Assembly: GCA_002269645.1 (NCBI GenBank)
Contig: NIVC01000622.1
Span: 62,001 to 126,000, forward strand
Length of the DNA: 64,000 bases
Origin: Macrostomum lignano
Taxonomy: Eukaryota
Reading direction: 5' to 3'
Under the pieces are notes generated by a model. That model saw only the letters and a list, made by a program, of their open reading frames with translations. It made no database searches and was not told the DNA's origin. The position numbers and the translations under genes are program-made. This document shows, one piece after another, positions 61,201-64,000 of this stretch. Position 1 is the first letter of the stretch; each line of letters starts with the position of its first letter.

Positions 61201-63073
61201 TAAAATTGTTTAATTTTTGCATCCATTTGCATATAAAACAAGCAAATTTAGCTTTTTTGGAAGAAACGCAATGGATAGCTCATATCAAAAAGAAAGTATG
61301 GTCAAGAGTTGCTCTCAAAATTTGGGATATTCTTTCTGTTTATTCATAGATGAGCGTACAGAGCATTATTTTATATTATACATAATTAGAGCTTGCTTTC
61401 AACATGCGTATACAAGCGTAGGCTCACACCATATCAGATATTGAGTTTAGTTCCAATTATTCTTATCACACCCGTTATTTAAAGACTAATTGATTCCTAG
61501 GGAATGACAAATTAATTAATTTTCCCTCCTAAAAAAATGTCAATCAGTCGTGTACATTTTGATGCCTTTTCAGTCTCATTCAACGCTCCTTCTTCCGCCC
61601 TTGAGTATTCTTGTACTGTCCCATATTATCCTACTAAAAATGCAGGTGCTGATCTTCTATCTTTATCGGCGATTGGCGGCCCGAAACTACCCGTTGCTCG
61701 ATTACGACGTTAAGTCGGTAGGACCGATCGCTTGAACGGCGCCTCGCTGAGGAAGGCTGCACCAGTGCGTCCAGTCGCGTGCTAAGTTTGTGGGTATGTC
61801 CTGGTGCATCAGATTCCGGCATTTTTGAGCACTCGCAAACAGCCGAATGCCAGCAAGGACTCCTCATGACTCAATACCGCCGCACTGTGTATGCCCTACC
61901 GCACCACTGAGCCCAAAGATTCAAGAATTTAAAACGGGGCTTGCAATGAAAATAAAGAGCCAATCAAAATAAGATTAAAAACAGAGGGCAGAAGCACGGC
62001 TGGGACATTTGAGCATTCAAGCTTCTCAGTCGGATGACGGACAAGGTGGTCCATGGTTTGAAAGCTCGAAAACTTCGACTTCAACACGACAGCTCCAATC
62101 TACCCCAACATTCCTTTAGATGCCATACAGTCGATATACAGCTGAAGCCGTCTCTTAGCTCTGTCAAAAATACACGAATAATAATAAGATGTAATAATAT
62201 ATTAGGAAAAATAATGATAATAATAAGTGAAACACTGAAAGACCTAGCTGCTAAATGTCGGCAGGTCTGTATCTAAACATTACCATAACTTATTTAACAT
62301 CCTAGAGCGACGGACACTCCTTGCATTGCACCGGACCGTCATCTTTGCTCACACCAAAGAAAAGCTAGTTGAATGAATATACTACAGCTACTCCAAGGCA
62401 GATGAAGAAATCTGTAGAGCATTGCATGATTTAGAATGATGAACAGCAATAAGGGGTCGAACTTTTGTTGCTCGATATCAATTTCTACAACCGAATTCTG
62501 GTTCGAGCTTCACATCTGCTTTTTTTCTAAATCCTGATCTCCAGAGAGCATCAGACTCCGTGCTCTGAAAATGTTGCATATAATGGGCTCACCTAGAAAA
62601 AAATCACTTCTTTATTATGCACTGTACGTCACTCTAACTCTAAAGATTTATAGTTCAGTTCTTTTTCATCCTACATATGTTATGAGCAACAGGCTAAGAG
62701 CAAATTTATTATTATTCACAGCAGATCTTCGAATATTTTTAGGATTTTTCTTTGTTTAATCATTCTTCAATCATCAGTTCAAAATTGCAAAGAAGCAAAA
62801 CAATTAAAATATTTTTTCAGAGTTGCTATTTGGCTTTGTCAAAGCCAAGCCAGGCTTTCATGATAGTTTTGCAAATTCACCGTAAGGACTTACGTCTTCA
62901 TGCTTTATTTCGAATAAAAGATGTTATGATAGCAACTTGAGGCTAGTAACAAGCCTCACTGTATTTTACGCACTCATTTTCAGAGGATATTAAGGTGTGA
63001 GTCAGTGTTTATTCATGGTTTTAAAATCGTCCTTGATTATCAAGAGTCGTCCAAAAAGTCATCGCGTTGTTTC

Positions 63074-63789
63074 TCAGCCACGCTGGTAAAGATTCCAGTC
63101 GGGTCCGGTCAGGCTGGCTGGCGGGTAGGCGAACGCCAGCAGGTGGCAGGCGAGCAGCCGCTTGGAGAAAACGGCGGCCTGGCAGTCGGCTCTGGCGCTG
63201 CACTTGGCCAGGCAGTGCATGACGGATGGGGTAGCAGCCGGCCAGAACGAGGTCTTGCTGGTCTCCACAGTGAGGGCGGAATTCTTCAACAGATTGTAGA
63301 AATTGTTTTCTGAAATGGATTTGTTTAGAAATTTCTTTGTATTAATATTTGTGGTAAATATTTTCAATATATTTTAACATTACTCGGGTAGGCCAAAGAG
63401 AAAATGGAGCTGGTGCCGAAACCTCCGCAAGTCTGCAGCGAGTTTCCAGCGCACTGCATATCGCACTTGCTATCGTCAAGTTTTCCATGTAATCCATAGC
63501 TTGTGCCGCAGAAGCACTGCTCGCTGAACTGCACTCCGAAGTAGGGGAAGCCGCCCAGAGAACAGACGTCGCTGCAGAATTCGAGCGACATGTCACCGTT
63601 ATTTATTATGCCGATATTAGCATCAATGGTGTACAGCCCAAGCCTGCTCACTCCTTTCAGTGCGGTCAAGTCTCTGTTAGAGTTGTCACCGTCTTGGTAG
63701 CATCCGACGTACGAGATTTGAGCAACCCTGCCTGCAGCACAGGTCAGTAGAGCGCACAGCAACAGTGACTGAAACATGCATATGCTCAT
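63074..63789 (-). CDS. Secreted WSC + PAN/apple protein 4 (intact)
   Basis: Exon 63789 (or 63777)-63384 with signal peptide and 8-Cys WSC, phase-1 intron 63383-63310, exon 63309-63074 (MHCLAKCSARADCQAAVFSKRLLACHLL...QRG*). Confidence 0.92.
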
Positions 63790-63854
63790 TGAGAAGAGCA
63801 AGTGGCTTTAATTTTAAAACAAAGTAGTCTAATGCATCTCAAGGCGTGCGTCAC

Positions 63855-63861
63855 TTTTATA
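63855..63861 (-). promoter_or_regulatory. Candidate TATA box of WSC-PAN gene 4
   Basis: TATAAAA on the minus strand ~66 nt upstream of ATG 63789. Confidence 0.45.
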
Positions 63862-64000
63862 GTTTAGTGAGTACTGGAAGCAGTAATTTAGCTGCTTAAT
63901 TTTTATCCAATCAGCTTTAAGATCGCAGTTTTTTACAACAGATAGAAACTAGACGAAGGTATTTGCCATGTTAAATACTGATTATGACCTAGTTTGGTAT

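Noticed and set aside
60870-61740. Possible exons of another gene (SDDDDPRMSRL...; VLIFYLYRRL...)
   Set aside because: Isolated splice-like signals with no phase-consistent chain or recognisable product.

Overview
Repeat-rich animal genomic DNA with spliceosomal introns. The gene content and style suggest a free-living flatworm such as Macrostomum, but that is inference, not a database match. Left to right: (1) two probable last exons of an upstream gene; (2) two tandem TRPM-like channel genes, one with about 13-15 N-terminal ankyrin repeats (two frame breaks) and one apparently N-terminally short, sharing a near-identical ~700 bp transmembrane/pore tract; (3) three paralogous 4-EF-hand genes with identical intron positions, interleaved with two identical tRNA-Arg(TCT) genes; (4) a hand-built 16-exon, ~1,360 aa low-complexity gene on the minus strand whose introns hold different satellites; (5) a cluster of secreted WSC + PAN/apple genes: two intact, one split by a full-length LINE with a 12 bp target-site duplication, one with a deletion and one 5' fragment. 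Also CORE-type SINEs, a hAT MITE, a nested foldback element and minisatellites, some of whose units read as complete GT...AG mini-introns. Exon coordinates were read by eye and may be off by a few bases.
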